This document shows positions 36,883 through 47,364 of a stretch of DNA of 64,000 bases, piece after piece. The stretch spans positions 110,971 to 174,970 of the forward strand of contig MEZH01000007.1 in the NCBI GenBank assembly GCA_001775995.1. Reading direction: 5' to 3'. The notes under the pieces are model-generated. The model was given only the letters and a program-made list of their open reading frames with translations, was not told the DNA's origin and did not search any database. Numbering within the stretch: position 1 is the stretch's first letter; each line of letters begins with the position of its first letter. A program made the position numbers and the translations under genes. Origin of the DNA: Candidatus Bathyarchaeota archaeon RBG_16_48_13. GTDB taxonomy: Archaea; Thermoproteota; Bathyarchaeia; RBG-16-48-13.

Positions 36883-37314
36883 CGCCCGGCAGAATGATTT
36901 CGAATATAGAGGGTTGCGATCATATTAAAGACTTACTGCAAATGAGCACTCTCCAATGGAAGCTCTCGGCAGAGGAATTGAGGTTCACTCCATTTTTCTG
37001 GAACACTTGTAAAAATGCCAACATGATAGGGGGAGCTGACAAAAGACAGAAAATGGTCAGTCTATCTCGATATCATTCCCGTTGATTTTGCTGATACTAT
37101 CTATAATTGGTAATGGATGGATCCTCGGTACAAACCTCTCGCTTGTGCCAACAAAGAACAACAGGGAATGGATGATCAATAAGGTCTTGAATCGAATTCA
37201 TTCTAACTCCGTATGACATTATTGACGTCACATTGTAGATTATATTTAAAGACTCATCGGACTCATTGTTCTATCTGCAGAAGGTCACTTGAACATGAAT
37301 ACTCTGGGATAACT

Positions 37315-38307
37315 ATGAAAGATGGTATCTCAACTTGCATTGGAATTGAGTCCACCGCTCATACGTTTGGCGTCAGCGTGGTTTCTTCATCAGGCAAGAT
37401 CTTTTGCGATGTCAAGAAAACATACAAACCCCCTCCTGGAAAAGGAATTCATCCACGAGAGGCAGCTCAGCATCATGGCTTGCATGCTGGGGAGATTTTG
37501 TCCAGCGCAATGGAGGAATACGGAGAAAAGCTTGATCTAGTCGACGCGGTCGCATTTTCAATGGGCCCTGGTCTGGGACCGTGTCTCCGCACAGGGGCGA
37601 CTGTTGCTAGAACACTTGCTCATAGATTGGAGAAACCTTTAACGCCGGTCCATCATGCCATAGCACATTTGGAGATAGGCAAGTTGGTCACAGGAGCAGT
37701 TGATCCACTCGCTATCTTGGTCAGTGGTGGTCACACAAACATCACCGCTTTTTCCGATCATTTCTGGCGGATCTATGGCGAGACGGAGGACATTACTCTA
37801 GGAAACCTCATAGATGGTTTCGCCAGGCAGGCAGGAATGTCTTCTCCCGGTGGCCCGATGATAGAAGAATTTGCCAAGAAAAGCAAGAACTACATTGATC
37901 TACCATACGTCGTGAAGGGAAATGATGTTTCATACTCAGGTCTGTTGACCGCGCTCTCCGGAAAGCTCGCGGAAGGAGAAGAACTTGCGGATCTCTGCTA
38001 CAGCTTGCAGGAAGTTGCCTTCGCGATGTTGACGGAGGCGGCTGAAAGAGCCCTAGCTCATACTGAGAAGAAAGAGGTCTTACTGGCAGGCGGGGTAGCT
38101 GCCAACCTTCGCCTCCAAGAAATGGTGAAGCAGATATCAGAAGACCATGAAGCCCAGTTTTTTGCAGTACCATTGAGATTCAGCGGAGATTGTGGAGCTC
38201 AGATAGCTTGGACGGGTTTACAGCTAAATGCGCGGGGAGTAGAGATCGAGATTGAGAAGAGCTTTGTGAAGCCCCGATGGCGCATGGATTCAGTTTATAT
38301 CCCATGA
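37315..38307 (+). CDS. kae1: tRNA N6-threonylcarbamoyltransferase Kae1
   Basis: IGIESTAHT, HPREAA, HHAIAH, LVSGGHT, GGVAAN, GDCGAQIA; start moved to ATG 37315. Confidence 0.96.
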   Translation: MKDGISTCIGIESTAHTFGVSVVSSSGKIFCDVKKTYKPPPGKGIHPREAAQHHGLHAGEILSSAMEEYGEKLDLVDAVAFSMGPGLGPCLRTGATVARTLAHRLEKPLTPVHHAIAHLEIGKLVTGAVDPLAILVSGGHTNITAFSDHFWRIYGETEDITLGNLIDGFARQAGMSSPGGPMIEEFAKKSKNYIDLPYVVKGNDVSYSGLLTALSGKLAEGEELADLCYSLQEVAFAMLTEAAERALAHTEKKEVLLAGGVAANLRLQEMVKQISEDHEAQFFAVPLRFSGDCGAQIAWTGLQLNARGVEIEIEKSFVKPRWRMDSVYIP

Positions 38308-38398
38308 GACACCATTCTGTCAACCTTAAAATATAGGTGAATTGAATATTTTTGAAGCGATTCTCGAGCAAAAGTGGGAATCATTCGAGAGAAACCTC

Positions 38399-40195
38399 AT
38401 GTCTTCAGAACTTAGACAGCCTATAGTCTGCGTCCTGGGGCACGTGGACAGTGGAAAGACATCTCTTCTAGATAAGATTAGAGGTACCGCTGTGGCCTCG
38501 CGAGAAGCTGGTGGGATTACACAGCATATAGGCGCAAGTTTTTTTCCTTTGGCAACTTTGGAAAAAATATCCGGAACCATTTCAGCCAAGACGAAAATGG
38601 AGATTAAGATCCCAGGTCTGTTAGTCATAGACACGCCAGGCCATCAAAGTTTCTTGAATCTAAGGAAAAGGGGGGGCTCCGTTGCCGATATAGCTATTGT
38701 AGTTGTGGATGCAATGAAGGGATTTGAAATTCAGACCTACGAAAGCATTGACATACTAAGAGCTAAGAAGACACCTTTCATTGTGGCAGCCAATAAGATT
38801 GACCAGATCAACGGTTGGAAATCCCTTGGAAATACGTCGATTCTCAGATCTCTCAGACAAGAGGAACCCTATGTTGTCAAAGACCTTGATGGAAAACTAT
38901 ACGCTATCATGGGGACCTTGTCCAGATTAGGCTTTAAGTCGGAAAGATTTGATAGGATCACTGATTTTGCCAGAAACGTGGCTATTGTTCCTGTGAGCGC
39001 TAAGAGTGGCGAAGGCATAGCAGAGTTGGTCACCGTTCTGATAGGGTTGACTCAACAATTCCTCCAAGAAACCCTGACAATCTTGGAAGGACCGGCAAAG
39101 GGCAGTATACTTGAGGTCAAAGAAGAACCTGGATTAGGTCTCACATTAAACGCAATAATATACGATGGGACTCTGCATGAGGGAGATCAGATTGTTGTTG
39201 CTGGAAGAGACAAGGCAATAGTAACAAGAGTCAGGGCGATCTTTCTGCCTAAACCATTGGACGAGATTAGGGATCCTACTGATAGATTCGCGTCAATAAG
39301 GGAAATTCACGCGGCTGCTGGGGTCAAAATAGCTGCTCCCGGACTGGAAGATGTGGTGACTGGTTCTCCGATCTACGCTGTCCCCAAAAACCGAACACCC
39401 GAAGAATTCGCAAAAATTGTTACAGATGAAATCAGCGGGCTTCGCATAAAGACCGATAAGATGGGCATCATTTTGAAAGCTGATGCTCTGGGCTCCCTAG
39501 AAGCTCTTACATGGGAACTCGAAAACAACGGTGTCACCGTGAGGCTCGCTGATGTGGGAGATATTTCAAGGAGGGATGTGATACAGGCCGCTACCGTCAA
39601 AAGAAAGGTGGCAACTCAGGGAGTTGTACTGGCGTTCAATGTGAAAATTCTTCCAGATGCTGCTGAAGAGGCGAGAAAGTCTGGGGTTCCGATTTTTAAA
39701 AATAATGTGATTTATCATCTCATAGAAGACTATTTGGATTTCGCAAAAGAAGAACAGAGGGCTAAAGTGAAGAAGGAGTTGGGAGCCCTTCTAAGGCCGG
39801 CAAAGATTAGAATTATGCCAGGTTTCATAATTCGAAGAAACAACCCTGCCATAGTAGGCATAGAAGTCGTGAGTGGGAAGATACGACAGAAAACGAAGCT
39901 GTTGGACAGCGATGGCAAGGAGATAGGTCAGATCCTTCAGATCCAAGACAAAGGTCAAGCTATCGCCGAGGCCGGGGAAAAGATGCAGGTAGCAATCTCC
40001 ATCGATGATCCTACAGTCGGACGTCAGATCTTTGAGGGCGATACTCTTTACGTTGATGTCCCAGAGAGCCATGTTAAGGACTTACTCCAGACCTATAGGA
40101 CTGAGATCACAGAAAATGAGATAAAGACTCTGGAGGAGCTCATTCAGATAAAGAGGAGAGAGAGACCACTTTGGGCTTTTGGGTCTACTCTATGA
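38399..40195 (+). CDS. infB: Translation initiation factor aIF5B (IF-2)
   Basis: LRQPIV..GHVDSGKT, GGITQHIGA, DTPGH, NKID. Confidence 0.97.
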   Translation: MSSELRQPIVCVLGHVDSGKTSLLDKIRGTAVASREAGGITQHIGASFFPLATLEKISGTISAKTKMEIKIPGLLVIDTPGHQSFLNLRKRGGSVADIAIVVVDAMKGFEIQTYESIDILRAKKTPFIVAANKIDQINGWKSLGNTSILRSLRQEEPYVVKDLDGKLYAIMGTLSRLGFKSERFDRITDFARNVAIVPVSAKSGEGIAELVTVLIGLTQQFLQETLTILEGPAKGSILEVKEEPGLGLTLNAIIYDGTLHEGDQIVVAGRDKAIVTRVRAIFLPKPLDEIRDPTDRFASIREIHAAAGVKIAAPGLEDVVTGSPIYAVPKNRTPEEFAKIVTDEISGLRIKTDKMGIILKADALGSLEALTWELENNGVTVRLADVGDISRRDVIQAATVKRKVATQGVVLAFNVKILPDAAEEARKSGVPIFKNNVIYHLIEDYLDFAKEEQRAKVKKELGALLRPAKIRIMPGFIIRRNNPAIVGIEVVSGKIRQKTKLLDSDGKEIGQILQIQDKGQAIAEAGEKMQVAISIDDPTVGRQIFEGDTLYVDVPESHVKDLLQTYRTEITENEIKTLEELIQIKRRERPLWAFGSTL

Positions 40196-40830
40196 GGTGG
40201 TCCGCAATTTGATCGAAGATAACGGCTGATACTAGAGAATATGATATGAATAGATCTCTTTGAGTAACGCCAACTTAGGTTCTCCGATCAGAAATCTGCA
40301 TTGCCTTCTCAATGCGTCTTCTTTCTTCTTCTGGAGAGGAAAAAAGCGCCTTTTTCATAATCCTGAGATCTCGGCTCAGAAGCCGCCAAAAATATCGAAT
40401 AAGCGCGTAAATTAGTTGAAATGCCCTGAGAGCTGGAATCTGTCGTTCAGAAGATGATGGAACGGAAAACCGGAGCGTTCTGTAGGTCATAACCGAATTC
40501 AATCAAGATGAAGGAGAATTCCGAATGCAGAATCCGGCGCATCGGTTAGGGAAAATAACTTCTTGTAAAATGCGCAATGGGCGAGGAAAAGAGGAAGCAA
40601 ACTGAATTGCCAGACATCGGGAAGAAGTGGTTCGTGTCAGCATTGCATTTTTTGTTTCAAACAAAAGATGCCGGTGCGTCGTCTTTTTTTGAATCATCGG
40701 ACCTTATTTTGGCGAAAGTCGTAGGAGGCTTCCAGAAATGGCGTTGGAATTCGCATCCACATATTCTAACTTGCCGAAAGAAAAATGATTTGAAAGAATA
40801 AACTCTGATCTGAAGTCAGAATACTCTGTT

Positions 40831-41484
40831 TCATCGGGCACTTCTTACGGCTTCGACGAATTTCCGTGCATTTTCGGCTATCAGGTCGAATTTACCCTCG
40901 GCTACGGCTTTTGAGTCCACGAGGCTGGTGCCTACCGCTACAGCATCAGCGCCGGCTCTAATGAATTCAGGAGTATTCTCCAGTGTAACTCCGCCTGTTG
41001 GTACCAGACCGACTTGGGGTAGCGGTGCTTTCACAGCTTTGATGTATTTCGGGCCACCTATGGAATCTACTGGGAAGACCTTTACCAGATCTGCTCCTGA
41101 TTCCCATGCAGTAAGGATTTCAGTGGGCGTCATAGTCCCGGGGATCACCGGAATGCTGTATCGCCTACAGATTCTTATCACATCCGGGTTCAGGCATGGC
41201 GTCACCACGAATTTAGCCCCGGCAAGCATGGAAGCTCGGGCAGTCTCAGCGTCTAGAACCGTGCCAGCACCTAGCAGGACCTCGCTAAATTCTCGGGTGA
41301 CCTTTTCAATCACACTGATGGCATTTGGGACGGTCATGGTGACCTCCAGAATCTTGACACCGCCCTTATTGATGGCCTCGGCAACTTTCAAAGCGTCATC
41401 TGCGGACTTTGTTCTAATGATTGGCACAATGCCTATTTCAAGGATTCTTTGAAGAACCCCTAAATTCTCTCTCATATATCTCAT
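40831..41484 (-). CDS. eda: KDPG/KHG aldolase (bacterial Eda type)
   Basis: LEVTM, GAGTVL, PGTMTPTE, VKVFP, PTGGV. Confidence 0.93.
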   Translation of the reverse strand: MRYMRENLGVLQRILEIGIVPIIRTKSADDALKVAEAINKGGVKILEVTMTVPNAISVIEKVTREFSEVLLGAGTVLDAETARASMLAGAKFVVTPCLNPDVIRICRRYSIPVIPGTMTPTEILTAWESGADLVKVFPVDSIGGPKYIKAVKAPLPQVGLVPTGGVTLENTPEFIRAGADAVAVGTSLVDSKAVAEGKFDLIAENARKFVEAVRSAR

Positions 41485-41490
41485 ACCGCC

Positions 41491-42471
41491 CTAACGTTGA
41501 ATTTTGAAGTCAGTAGCTCTTATTTGCTTCGTGACTTCCTCTTCTGTGAACCAACTAAAGTCGCCAGGTACGCTGTGACATAAGGCTGCCAAGGCGTCAC
41601 CATAGTCTATTGCTTTCCTTATGTCGCCCGTCAGATATCCGTAAATAAAACCTGCAGTGTATGCGTCTCCGGTGCCGACCCGATCAATGATTTCTAATGG
41701 ATAGGTTTTTCCTCTGAGAAACGTTTTCCCATCGAGAACCATGCTACTCCATGTCCCAGTAAGAACTGTGGGGACCTCCCGAAGAGTCAATGCCACCGTA
41801 GAAAAGCCAAAGCTGTCCCTCAGTTTTTGCGCTACCTCTTCATAGGCGCCCTTCATTCCATATACATCTTCCGTATCAAACTGTGTAGTTATCAATATGT
41901 CAACTTTGTCGAAAATCTTTGCAAAGCATTCTCTAGCTTTCTCTGGCGACCAGAGTTTCTTACGGTAATTTAGATCGAAGCTAATCTTGCAACCCATTTC
42001 CTTTGCCATCTTGACGGCCTCTACAGTAGCTTCCGCACAACTTTCACTCAAGGCTGGAGTTATGCCGCTTGTATGGAAAAGCCTTGTTCCGTCCAATATT
42101 TTGTCCCATTTTACATTTCCGGGCTTTAATCGGCTAATCGCGGAATCCTTGCGGTCGTAAATGACTTGACTCGCTCGTGGAGTTGCCCCGAATTCTAGAA
42201 AGTATACGCCAACTCTTCCCTCATCAACCCAGAATATGTTCGAAACATCTACCCCATGTTCCCGTCCTTTGTTTGCGACCATTCTTCCCAAGGGGCTTCT
42301 GGGTAGACTCGAAACCCAAGCCGTCTTCAGTCCCAACCTGCTGACACCTACGGCTGAGTTCAATTCACTTCCGCCTATAGTGACATCAAAACTGTTGGTC
42401 TGTTCCAAGCGCAAGAAATCAGGTGGAGCCAACCTTAGCATGGCTTCTCCGAAGGTCACCACATCATACAT
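41491..42471 (-). CDS. kdgK: PfkB sugar kinase, 2-keto-3-deoxygluconate kinase-like
   Basis: FGEAMLRL, GGSELN, YDRKDSA, DLNYRKKLW, DRVGTGDA; adjacent to eda. Confidence 0.85.
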   Translation of the reverse strand: MYDVVTFGEAMLRLAPPDFLRLEQTNSFDVTIGGSELNSAVGVSRLGLKTAWVSSLPRSPLGRMVANKGREHGVDVSNIFWVDEGRVGVYFLEFGATPRASQVIYDRKDSAISRLKPGNVKWDKILDGTRLFHTSGITPALSESCAEATVEAVKMAKEMGCKISFDLNYRKKLWSPEKARECFAKIFDKVDILITTQFDTEDVYGMKGAYEEVAQKLRDSFGFSTVALTLREVPTVLTGTWSSMVLDGKTFLRGKTYPLEIIDRVGTGDAYTAGFIYGYLTGDIRKAIDYGDALAALCHSVPGDFSWFTEEEVTKQIRATDFKIQR

Positions 42472-42628
42472 CGTATTGCCTCCGAAAAGACAAGTTCTAT
42501 AGCTGACGCAAAACTATTAAAAGTTTCCAGCATTCTATGATGGAGGTTCATCCTCGGAAATTTGACAATCTTGGTGAGAAGATTTATCTGCGAAATTACC
42601 AAGTCACTAGTTAGAAGGAGAAGAGATT

Positions 42629-43015
42629 GTGTTTAAAGGGATAGAGCATTTTGCGATAGCAGCAAAGAACACTGATCTGCTGGCGCAATGGTATTGTGAA
42701 AATCTTGGGTTCAGAATTGCCCACAAGAACGAGAAAAAACCTCCAACATACTTCATAAGAGGCGAAGAGGGGAGCATGCTCGAGATCATTCCTGCCAACG
42801 AAAAACTCAAACAACTACAAGATCTGGCAGACGCTGGACCAAGGCACGTTGCGATCTCTGTGAATGACTTCGATAAGGCGTATAACCACCTGAGATCGAG
42901 GGGGACGAATTTCCTTGGCGAACCCAGAGATGCTAGTGGCGGTGTTAGAGTAGTCTTCTTCATGGACGCTGAGCAGAACATAATTCATCTGATCTCTAGA
43001 CCTAACCCAATATGA
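42629..43015 (+). CDS. VOC (glyoxalase-like) family protein
   Basis: IEHFAI, HVAISV, FFMDAEQNIIHL. Confidence 0.85.
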   Translation: MFKGIEHFAIAAKNTDLLAQWYCENLGFRIAHKNEKKPPTYFIRGEEGSMLEIIPANEKLKQLQDLADAGPRHVAISVNDFDKAYNHLRSRGTNFLGEPRDASGGVRVVFFMDAEQNIIHLISRPNPI

Positions 43016-43161
43016 GCAGAAGGATCTACAATATCATAGAAAGGGAGTTGCGTTTCCAATTCAGTTCTCATGTTCGCTGTCATTCGTGAAGAGACGTTAC
43101 AAAAAATGTTAATAGGAACCATCTATTCGCTAATAAGGTACATCCAAACCGAGGGAAGCAA

Positions 43162-43539
43162 GTGCCTAAGTTCAAAATTATAGTTTCAGATCCTAAAACA
43201 GGGAAATCGCAAGTCATTGAATTAGAAGGATCAAACGCTCAGCCTCTAGTAGGAAAGAAGATTAGAGAGGAGATTGACGGGTCAATAGTGGCCATACCCA
43301 ATGCCAGACTGCTGATTACAGGCGGAAGTGACAAAGACGGCATACCAATGCGACCAGACATCCAAGGAGGCGTAAAAATCAGGACGATACTGAGCAGTGG
43401 CCAAGGTTATCACCCCAAGGAAAAGGGGCAAAGAAGAAGAAAACTGATTCGAGGAAATGTGATAACGGATGAAACTTACCAGATAAACTTGAAGATCTTA
43501 GACAAAGCACCATCTCCCAAGAAAGAAAAAGCAAAATGA
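43162..43539 (+). CDS. rps6e: 30S ribosomal protein S6e
   Basis: FKIIVSDPKTG, ITGGSDKDG. Confidence 0.96.
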   Translation: MPKFKIIVSDPKTGKSQVIELEGSNAQPLVGKKIREEIDGSIVAIPNARLLITGGSDKDGIPMRPDIQGGVKIRTILSSGQGYHPKEKGQRRRKLIRGNVITDETYQINLKILDKAPSPKKEKAK

Positions 43540-43552
43540 ATGGAGAATCCGT

Positions 43553-44794
43553 TTGAGGAATTTCAAGCTCCCTAGACAGCCCGAGATCAACATCGGAACC
43601 GCGGGTCATGTGGACCACGGCAAGACCACGTTGATTCAATCCCTTACCGGAATTTGGGCGTCAAGCCACAGTGAGGAGCTTAGAAGGGGAATTACGATAA
43701 AGGTGGGCTACGCTGACGCGGGTATATTCAAATGTAAAGGGTGTCCCCCACCTAGGTGCTACACAACTGATCCGAGATGCCCTGAGTGTGCCACGGAAGC
43801 TGAGTTTCTCAGAGCGGTGAGCTTCGTGGATTGCCCAGGTCATGAGATTCTAATGACCACGATGCTCTCAGGAGCGGCCGTTATGGATGGTGCAATTCTC
43901 GTAATATCTGCTAACGAGACTTGCCCTATGCCACAGACCCGGGAGCACCTTGCGGCTTTGGAAATCACGGGCATAAAGAGAATGATTATCGCCCAGAATA
44001 AAATTGACATAGTCGGCAGAGAAAGAGCCCTGAAGAGTTACCAAGAAATAACGAAGTTCGTCAAGGGAACAATCGCCGAAAATGCCCCAATTATCCCGAT
44101 TTCCTCCCAGAACAAAGTTAACATTGATTTATTAATTGAGAACATAGAGAGGGTTGTCCCTACTCCAAAGCGAGATCCCAACAAGCCACCTTACATGTAT
44201 ATAGTAAGGTCATTCGACGTGAATAAGCCAGGAACTCTTATAGAGAATATAAGCGGTGGTATAATCGGAGGTTCCATAGCGCAGGGTGCCTTTGAAGTGG
44301 GAGACAGCATAGAGTTGTCCCCAGGGAACAAAATTGAGAAGGCCGGCAAGACAATTTACGAGGCCCTCGAGACAAAGGTAACAAGTCTATATGCTGGTGG
44401 AGAGTCGGTCTCCAAAGCAACTTGTGGGGGACTCGTCGGAATAGGAACGACACTCGATCCGGCCCTGACAAAGGCGGATGGTTTAGTCGGGAACATTGCT
44501 GGAACTCCAGGTAGTCTGCCACCAGTCTTTGAACAAATAGCTCTAGAAACGCATCTATTTGAGGAAGCAATAGGTACATCTGGACTTACCAAAGTAGACA
44601 AGATAAGGGTCGGTGAAACTTTGGTATTGAATGTTGGAACTGCGGTGACTGTGGCAATTGTGAACGAATCAAGAGGAGATCATGTAAGAGTCACCTTGAA
44701 GAGACCAATATGCACCCAAACCGGTTCAAGAGTTGCTCTGAGCAGAAAAATCGCTGACAGATGGCGACTCATAGGGTACGGTTTGCTACATTAG
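43553..44794 (+). CDS. eif2g: Translation initiation factor aIF2 gamma subunit
   Basis: QPEINIGTAGHVDHGKT, EELRRGITI, DCPGHE, QNKID. Confidence 0.97.
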   Translation: MRNFKLPRQPEINIGTAGHVDHGKTTLIQSLTGIWASSHSEELRRGITIKVGYADAGIFKCKGCPPPRCYTTDPRCPECATEAEFLRAVSFVDCPGHEILMTTMLSGAAVMDGAILVISANETCPMPQTREHLAALEITGIKRMIIAQNKIDIVGRERALKSYQEITKFVKGTIAENAPIIPISSQNKVNIDLLIENIERVVPTPKRDPNKPPYMYIVRSFDVNKPGTLIENISGGIIGGSIAQGAFEVGDSIELSPGNKIEKAGKTIYEALETKVTSLYAGGESVSKATCGGLVGIGTTLDPALTKADGLVGNIAGTPGSLPPVFEQIALETHLFEEAIGTSGLTKVDKIRVGETLVLNVGTAVTVAIVNESRGDHVRVTLKRPICTQTGSRVALSRKIADRWRLIGYGLLH

Positions 44795-44807
44795 AAAAGG
44801 TCTTGTT

Positions 44808-45206
44808 GTGATAAAGCTAATTTTTGACACCAACTTTCTATTTCTTCCAGCGAGATTTCATATTGACGTTCTTGCCGAATGCGCGGCTCTCCTAGGCGAG
44901 AGAGTGGATCCCTTATTGATCTCACAAGTTCGTTTGGAATTGGATAGGATGGCCTCAGGCAGATCTGTAAAAAGAGGCATGGAGGCATCGTTAGCCTCAG
45001 AATACGCGAAACGCCTTAGGTTCGTTACTGTTGAATCAGGCCCCAAAGAGGGAACCGACGATGTGATATCAAGACTGGCCGCGGAGTGGCGATGCGTTGT
45101 TGCTACTAATGACAGTGAATTGAAAAAAAGGCTAAGGGATATAAGTGTCCCGGTTATTTATCTGAGAGAAAGGTCTAGATTGGAGCTTATTGGAGGAAGG
45201 AAATAG
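44808..45206 (+). CDS. PIN-domain protein (Fcf1-like)
   Basis: DTNFL, TDD, VATND; conserved position after eif2g. Confidence 0.88.
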   Translation: MIKLIFDTNFLFLPARFHIDVLAECAALLGERVDPLLISQVRLELDRMASGRSVKRGMEASLASEYAKRLRFVTVESGPKEGTDDVISRLAAEWRCVVATNDSELKKRLRDISVPVIYLRERSRLELIGGRK

Positions 45207-45235
45207 CTCCGATAGAAGAACTTGGAGTTGATGAT

Positions 45236-45841
45236 TTGTTTAAATTGATTAGCTTGGAGGATACGGTTAGGATACCACCTGACAGATTTGGTCAACAAAT
45301 AGATCAAGTGGCCTTCGATCAGCTCAAATCGAAGTACGAAGGCGTCTCAAATGAAGAAATAGGGCATTTCATAACAGTGACTGATATTCAGATAAATCCT
45401 GTGGGCAAGATAATACCGGGTGACGGAGCAACTTACCACAAAGCTCTCTTCACTTTGCTAACATTTTATCCACAGATACAGGAGATTATTGAAGGAGAAG
45501 TAGTTGAGATAGAGGATTTTGGAGCTTTCATCAGAATAGGTCCCGTAGATGCGCTTCTTCACGTATCACAGATAATAAATGATTTTGTTCACTATGACGA
45601 AAAACAGGCCGTGCTCATCGGAAAAGAGACTCAAAGAGCCTTGAAGCAAGGCGACAAAGTGCGAGTTAGAGTTACAGCAGCATCATTCAGCAAAGGAGGG
45701 GCAAGCGGAAAGATTGGCGTAACCATGAGACAGCCCTTCCTTGGAAAACTTGAGTGGATTGATGAAGACGTCAAGAATTTGAAGAAAGCCAAGGCTTCTC
45801 GCGAGAAGGAAAGGATCAAGAGGGAGAGAGATGAGAGTTGA
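45236..45841 (+). CDS. rpoE1: RNA polymerase subunit Rpo7 (E')
   Basis: VRIPP, FGAFIRIGPVDALLHVSQI, TMRQPFLG. Confidence 0.96.
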   Translation: MFKLISLEDTVRIPPDRFGQQIDQVAFDQLKSKYEGVSNEEIGHFITVTDIQINPVGKIIPGDGATYHKALFTLLTFYPQIQEIIEGEVVEIEDFGAFIRIGPVDALLHVSQIINDFVHYDEKQAVLIGKETQRALKQGDKVRVRVTAASFSKGGASGKIGVTMRQPFLGKLEWIDEDVKNLKKAKASREKERIKRERDES

Positions 45842-46023
45842 CTGACAAAGCGTGCAGAGCTTGTCATACTATCTCCGCAGGGCCCGTATGCCCCAATTGC
45901 AAAGCCACAAATCTCAGTAGTGATTGGACTGGAATGGTCTACATCATAGATGCTGAAGGATCTGTCATCGCAGAGAAGATGGGAGTAATTAAGAAGGGAA
46001 AGTACGCGTTGCGGGTCAGGTAA
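45838..46023 (+). CDS. spt4: Transcription elongation factor Spt4 (RpoE'')
   Basis: ACRAC..CPNC, W.G, GKYALRVR. Confidence 0.95.
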   Translation: MTDKACRACHTISAGPVCPNCKATNLSSDWTGMVYIIDAEGSVIAEKMGVIKKGKYALRVR

Positions 46024-46565
46024 TGGAAGACCGGGTTCTCACAGATACTCTAAGGAGAAGACTGCAAAAACCCCTCGGCACATTAATCAAGGAATCTCCA
46101 GCTCACAGCATGCGATACCTCGGACGCCTTTTTCAAGAAAAGAAACCTAAGAGAATAGTTGCTGTGGGAGATTTTGTATCGGAGAAAATATACGGGGCGG
46201 GCTTAAGGGTGAATCTGTATATAGTGGACAACAAAATCAGACGCAGAGCAATAGAACCACTCAGAATAGCAGCCGATGTAGTCCTTGAAACCAATAATCC
46301 TCCAGGTACAATCTCCCGACAATCTCATGAAGTAGTGAAGAAAGCATTGAAAATCGACGGCACGTCAAAGATCGTTGTGACCGGTGAAGAGGATCTTCTG
46401 ACCCTTTTGGCGATACTTTATTCACCGAATGGTTCTTTGATAATCTATGGACAACCAAAAGTGGGCTTAGTAGTAGTTGAGGCTGATCAAAATCGAAAAA
46501 CTGAAGCGAAGAAAATAATTGAGAGCATGATAAAGGCACAACCGAAGGCGGAAGAGGTTAGTTAG
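46023..46565 (+). CDS. GTP-dependent dephospho-CoA kinase (DUF359)
   Basis: VGDFVS, VDNKIRR, NPPGTI, GEEDLL, YGQP. Confidence 0.9.
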   Translation: MEDRVLTDTLRRRLQKPLGTLIKESPAHSMRYLGRLFQEKKPKRIVAVGDFVSEKIYGAGLRVNLYIVDNKIRRRAIEPLRIAADVVLETNNPPGTISRQSHEVVKKALKIDGTSKIVVTGEEDLLTLLAILYSPNGSLIIYGQPKVGLVVVEADQNRKTEAKKIIESMIKAQPKAEEVS

Positions 46566-46894
46566 TCTTTTCTATCGCTCTTTACATAGTCTGTAAAGCC
46601 GCATGATCCACAGGACCATCTTGGAACAGGCACTTTGTGAAGTGCCATAATGTTCCCGCATCTAGAGCACTTCTTATTCTTTAGAGTTGCCTTGTTCTTG
46701 GAATAGTCGACTTCGTACAGGCTGCCTATCTTTTTCTCCTTCTTCTTCTTTTTTTCAACTTTTCCTACGGGTTTCTTCTGCACCTTCTCAGGTGCCTTCG
46801 CTCCCTCGACTTTCTCTGTTTTTTCGATTTTTGCAGCAGCCTCAGGCTTCTTGGAAGGCTTTTCAGGGGGTTTTTCAGTCTTTTCCGCCGGCAT
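46562..46894 (-). CDS. rps27ae: 30S ribosomal protein S27ae with K/E/P-rich N-terminal extension
   Basis: CSRCG..MALH..R.SCGSC Zn ribbon. Confidence 0.92.
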   Translation of the reverse strand: MPAEKTEKPPEKPSKKPEAAAKIEKTEKVEGAKAPEKVQKKPVGKVEKKKKKEKKIGSLYEVDYSKNKATLKNKKCSRCGNIMALHKVPVPRWSCGSCGFTDYVKSDRKD

Positions 46895-46922
46895 TTATAT
46901 CAGTTCCTTATCTCGACGTTAA

Positions 46923-47297
46923 CTAGATTTTCGGTTTTTCTACCTTATCTTTGGGTTTCACTTTGTCCTTTGAGGCTTCCTTCCCTTTTGTCGAAGTCTC
47001 CTTTTTCTTCTTTTTCTCGGAGGGATTGCCTCGCGCCTTAATATGATTTGGAACTATTAGCATTACCCTCTTCTGGTCTTTATAGATCTGTACGTCACAT
47101 TGCGTTGAATTTTGCCCAGTTAGGGATCCAATCTTTGTCACGAGAATGAACTCGGTCCCAACGCCCAACTGAGCCGCAAGCTTGGCCTGCAAGTCTGCTC
47201 TCTTTGGAGTCCCTTCGCCTTCATGGGTTACCAGGACTTTCAGATCTCTCCTATCGAGGAGTCTGTTTGGTGTGTCTTCGACTATTTTGATATCCAA
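46923..47297 (-). CDS. rps24e: 30S ribosomal protein S24e
   Basis: NRLLDRR, H.GEGTPKR; adjacent to S27ae. Confidence 0.9.
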   Translation of the reverse strand: MDIKIVEDTPNRLLDRRDLKVLVTHEGEGTPKRADLQAKLAAQLGVGTEFILVTKIGSLTGQNSTQCDVQIYKDQKRVMLIVPNHIKARGNPSEKKKKKETSTKGKEASKDKVKPKDKVEKPKI

Positions 47298-47364
47298 AGA
47301 AGGTCACTTCTTGATTGAAGATGATACACAGCTTGCTTTCAATAATTTAATCTTTTCCCGATGA

